The position numbers were made by a program, and so were the translations under genes. A DNA stretch of 64,000 bases from Thermoplasmatota archaeon (GTDB lineage: Archaea > Thermoplasmatota > Thermoplasmata > Lutacidiplasmatales > JAMCUS01). Under the pieces are notes generated by a model. It saw nothing but the letters and a program-made list of their open reading frames with translations. It made no database searches and was not told where the DNA came from. Location: contig JAMCUS010000032.1 in the NCBI GenBank assembly GCA_023379385.1, positions 14,243 to 78,242 of the forward strand, read 5' to 3'. The number at the start of each line of letters is the position of its first letter. The stretch's first letter is position 1. Positions 60,798 through 64,000 of the stretch are shown piece by piece.

Positions 60798-62499
60798 TCT
60801 ATTTATGATTAATGATCTATCTTTTGTAAAAAATTTTGAATTTCCTGCAGTCTTATTCAGTGATCTGCCCATGCTGGAGAAAAACGATAGTTACTATACA
60901 TATTCTATAAGAGATAATACATCACACAAAAAAATATTCATTATAGACAACAGATACGAAATAGAGATTCCAGTACCATTTATTGATAAGGTTAGTGAAG
61001 CAGACCTGCCACATATATTCTGGAATCATTCAATTAATATGGATGATAAAGCAATAATTATTCCGTTTCTCAATATGGATGAAATATTTACCAGACCATC
61101 TGCAATGAGGGCCTCTTTTGAAAAAATATTATCTGTTAAAAAACACGAACATCAGGTCTGGGCAATGAATGTTGCTCTTCCAAACAGAGTAGCTTTGCTA
61201 ACCTATCTCAATGTTTCTATTTTTGATAGTACCCTGGTGGATAATCTGGGAAACAACGGAATATATATAGATGACTATTACTTTGGAAAGGTTCCATCCG
61301 ATCTATTATGCCGGTGCAAAAGCTGCCTTAATGGAAAGCTTGATAACATTGGCGTTATACAGCATAACAGGTATGTACTTTACAGAGAGGTTGAAAGGGT
61401 TAAACAATTTATCAAAGCAGGCCAGTTAAGAAGTTATGTAGAACAGAGAGTTGCAGAGGATCCAGCCGCCACTGCAGTGTTAAAGGAATTCAATATAAAC
61501 GGATACGCTATACTGGAAAAATATACGCCAGTTGTAGGCAAATTTTCTAATTATGTAACAGATCTATCCTTCAACAGGCCAGAAGTTGTAAGGTTCAGGA
61601 ACAGGATATCCAATATATCTATAAAACCAGATAAAAATATAGATACAGTGATACTCTTTCCCTGTTCCAAAAGAAAACCATACTCATTATCAAAAACACA
61701 CGGAATATTCTCATCCATAATTTCTGAAACAGGAATGAGAAGTAATATACATGAACTTATGATCACCTCTCCATTATCCGTTGTGCCGAGAGAATTGGAA
61801 AATTATTACCCTGCAATGAATTATGATACACCTGTTACAGGATACTGGGACGAAATAGAAAAAAAGGTGACTTCAGATGTACTGGAGAATTATTTAAAAC
61901 GCAACAAATATAAAAATGCAATAATACACCTTCATGGTGGAGAGGTGTTTGTTAAAGAGGTTGTAGAAAAATATGTTGATAATGTACACGTAAGCTCGGA
62001 TAACAATCCTTTATCAGATAATTCATTACACAACCTTAAAGAAACACTGATCGATTTAAAGAAAAATGTAAATTCAAAAATAAAAATAGATAAGAACAGG
62101 GGTTCAGTCAAATCAATGTTTACGTTCCAGTTTGGTAAGGATATAACAGATGGAGTAAATGTGATTATAAAAGGTTATTTTCCTGAATACAGAATAATTC
62201 ATAACAATAGGCAACTGGCAATGTTCAACGCAGCGGAGGGTAAATTTAGCCTGACTTTAGATGGTGCCGAACTTCTTTTAAACAACAAAATTAATGTCGT
62301 AGAGATAGAGAACCTGTCTATAAAGGGAGATATTTTTTCTCCTGCTGTTATCAGGGCTGACAGCAGTATAAGATCTGGAGACGAAGTTGTGGCAGTCTAC
62401 AATGATACCATAAAGGCCATCGGAGTTGCAAAGATGAACGGAGAAGAGATGGAGAGATCCCGCCATGGGCTTGCAATAAAGGTCAGAACGCATGTTTAA
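60718..62499 (+). CDS. Archaeosine synthase (ArcS)-like protein with C-terminal PUA domain
   Basis: 593 aa with a C-terminal PUA-like segment (KGDIFSPAVIRADSSIRSGDEVVAVY); queC and queE are in the same window. The real start is probably downstream of the 80-nt overlap. Confidence 0.5.
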   Translation: MKSKKKQRFLITKTIFITLLRPIGLSDLFMINDLSFVKNFEFPAVLFSDLPMLEKNDSYYTYSIRDNTSHKKIFIIDNRYEIEIPVPFIDKVSEADLPHIFWNHSINMDDKAIIIPFLNMDEIFTRPSAMRASFEKILSVKKHEHQVWAMNVALPNRVALLTYLNVSIFDSTLVDNLGNNGIYIDDYYFGKVPSDLLCRCKSCLNGKLDNIGVIQHNRYVLYREVERVKQFIKAGQLRSYVEQRVAEDPAATAVLKEFNINGYAILEKYTPVVGKFSNYVTDLSFNRPEVVRFRNRISNISIKPDKNIDTVILFPCSKRKPYSLSKTHGIFSSIISETGMRSNIHELMITSPLSVVPRELENYYPAMNYDTPVTGYWDEIEKKVTSDVLENYLKRNKYKNAIIHLHGGEVFVKEVVEKYVDNVHVSSDNNPLSDNSLHNLKETLIDLKKNVNSKIKIDKNRGSVKSMFTFQFGKDITDGVNVIIKGYFPEYRIIHNNRQLAMFNAAEGKFSLTLDGAELLLNNKINVVEIENLSIKGDIFSPAVIRADSSIRSGDEVVAVYNDTIKAIGVAKMNGEEMERSRHGLAIKVRTHV

Positions 62500-62503
62500 G
62501 GCG

Positions 62504-63619
62504 TTATTGTTTAAGCAGGTAAAGGAATCTATCCCCTATCAGTTTTACATTGGATAACTCTTTATATTCCTCTAACTTCCCTTTGTCCATGGCATCTGAT
62601 AACCCCTCTTCAATCGGTATCTTACCTAACAACGGAAGATCATATGCAACTTCATCCTTGCCCCATATCTTTATTTTTGAATTGCAGTGAGGGCAAACTA
62701 CATAGCTCATATTTTCTATGATTCCCAGCGATTTAACGTTCATAGCTTTAGCCATGTTTATAGCTTTTTTCACTATGAGAGAGGCCAAGTCCTGTGGCGT
62801 CTGTACAAACAGCATTCCATATATGGGTAACTGCTGAAAAACTGTTAATGGTATATCACTCGTTCCGGGAGGCATATCCAATAAAAGAAAATCTAGAGTA
62901 CCCCAGTCTACATCTTTATAAAACTGATTAATCATCTGGCTTACAATTGGACCTCGCCATATAACAGGTTGATCTTCCTTTTCCAGTAGCATGTTTGTAG
63001 ATATCAATTTTATTCCATATTTAGGAGTGGATGGTGGAATTATAGTATTATCCTGTACCTCCATAGGGCCTTTAACTCCAAAGATTTTGGCTATGGATGA
63101 TCCCGTAATATCTGCATCCATTATACCTACCTTGTAACCTCTTCTGCTGAGTTCTACTGCAAGAAGTGCGGTAACAGATGATTTGCCAACACCACCCTTT
63201 CCAGAACCTACCGGAATTAGATATTTTATATTATCCTTCTTAAGATCATTGAGAACCGGTGGTACAACTACCTGTGACTTTTTTTTATCATATTCATTAA
63301 CATATTTTGGTTTGCTTATTTTAAGTTTGGATATCATTGCTTCTCGTTCATTATCACTCATTGTTCTTAATTCTACATTTACATTCTTGAATAATTTTGA
63401 TTTCACAAGAGCTTCTTTAACATCATTTTGTATTGAAGTTCCTAAAGGACATGATGGTATAGTTAAAGAGATTATGACCCTAACATCATTACCATCGATT
63501 TCCACTTTGTGAACCATTCCAAGCCTAACTATGCTAACACCAATCTCAGGGTCTTTGACAGGTGTAAGTATATCTATAACATCTTTTTCACTTAAAGAGA
63601 CAGACATATTAATTACCAC
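62504..63619 (-). CDS. Mrp/NBP35/ApbC-family Fe-S cluster carrier ATPase with N-terminal DUF59/MIP18 domain
   Basis: Deviant Walker A GSGKGGVGKSSV and the CPHC motif. Confidence 0.85.
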   Translation of the reverse strand: MVINMSVSLSEKDVIDILTPVKDPEIGVSIVRLGMVHKVEIDGNDVRVIISLTIPSCPLGTSIQNDVKEALVKSKLFKNVNVELRTMSDNEREAMISKLKISKPKYVNEYDKKKSQVVVPPVLNDLKKDNIKYLIPVGSGKGGVGKSSVTALLAVELSRRGYKVGIMDADITGSSIAKIFGVKGPMEVQDNTIIPPSTPKYGIKLISTNMLLEKEDQPVIWRGPIVSQMINQFYKDVDWGTLDFLLLDMPPGTSDIPLTVFQQLPIYGMLFVQTPQDLASLIVKKAINMAKAMNVKSLGIIENMSYVVCPHCNSKIKIWGKDEVAYDLPLLGKIPIEEGLSDAMDKGKLEEYKELSNVKLIGDRFLYLLKQ

Positions 63620-63725
63620 GTAAGTCCGATGCTTTATGACTATATATCGTTTATAGTCAAATTTGTTGCAAATATTTTGATATATGAATATAAAATCAGA
63701 CTATTTGCATTAAATATATGCAGAA

Positions 63726-64000
63726 TTAATCATTTTTATACTTCCTTAACATTTCAGATGATACTCTTAATAGTTCAAATCCTCTTTTTATTCCTGTATT
63801 CGCATATTCAAATTTATTTTCCTCAAAATAGTTTTTTATTTCATTTTCTCTGTTTAAACCTAAAATTGGTATGATAGCCTGGAGGGTCCTCGGTGGTATT
63901 GACGACCCTTTGAACATTTGAACGAATTCAGGTATGTACAACTTCGTCCATAACCATGCCACATCCCTGTTTGAAGGATTTACTATTGAATTTGCTACTA
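63726..64000 (-). CDS. Hypothetical protein, C-terminal part (ORF open to the window edge)
   Basis: The minus-strand ORF has no stop before position 64000. Confidence 0.3.
   Translation of the reverse strand, partial: VANSIVNPSNRDVAWLWTKLYIPEFVQMFKGSSIPPRTLQAIIPILGLNRENEIKNYFEENKFEYANTGIKRGFELLRVSSEMLRKYKND

Overview
This window is an AT-rich (~35% GC) archaeal chromosomal segment, in gene content and style like Thermoplasmatales (Ferroplasma, Acidiplasma or Picrophilus). Most of it is housekeeping. The left end carries a MeaB GTPase with the methylmalonyl-CoA mutase B12 subunit, a Trm11-like tRNA methyltransferase, a RecJ-like DHH exonuclease, ribosomal protein S15, GMP synthase subunit A, a prepilin peptidase next to a pilin-like gene, and queC/queE. 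The middle carries a GGPP synthase, the DUF35/thiolase/HMG-CoA synthase operon and RNase Z. The right end carries ribosomal protein L15e, MptE, SAM synthetase, a gltD-like oxidoreductase, transaldolase with a split transketolase, tRNA-Pro(GGG), an M50 protease, an Fe/B12-type ABC importer, an ArcS-like PUA protein and an Mrp/ApbC ATPase. Two accessory regions stand out. (1) At 11674-16101 a four-gene operon encodes a complete eukaryote-like ubiquitin-type conjugation set. The first gene is a ZnR+DUF835 protein whose C-terminus is a ThiS/MoaD-like beta-grasp ending in Gly-Gly-Ile. It is followed by a UBC-fold E2 with an HPN motif and catalytic Cys, a JAMM/MPN peptidase fused to a ~400-aa coiled coil, and a ThiF/E1-like activating enzyme. 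This is the gene order of bacterial Bil/Bub antiviral operons. (2) At 25681-36600 an eight-gene minus-strand operon encodes two paralogous atypical P-loop GTPases, a 1026-aa protein with eight Armadillo-like repeats, a beta-sandwich middle domain and a Hanks-type Ser/Thr kinase domain, a PP2C phosphatase, a 649-aa coiled-coil protein and three unknowns. An intact IS607 element (serine-recombinase TnpA plus TnpB) and a second IS with a DDE transposase lie immediately beside it. I read this as a horizontally acquired signalling or conflict island. Other mobile DNA is a decayed IS607 tnpA remnant (5085-5610) and a multiply disrupted TnpB pseudogene (10190-11380). No CRISPR array or rRNA gene was found.
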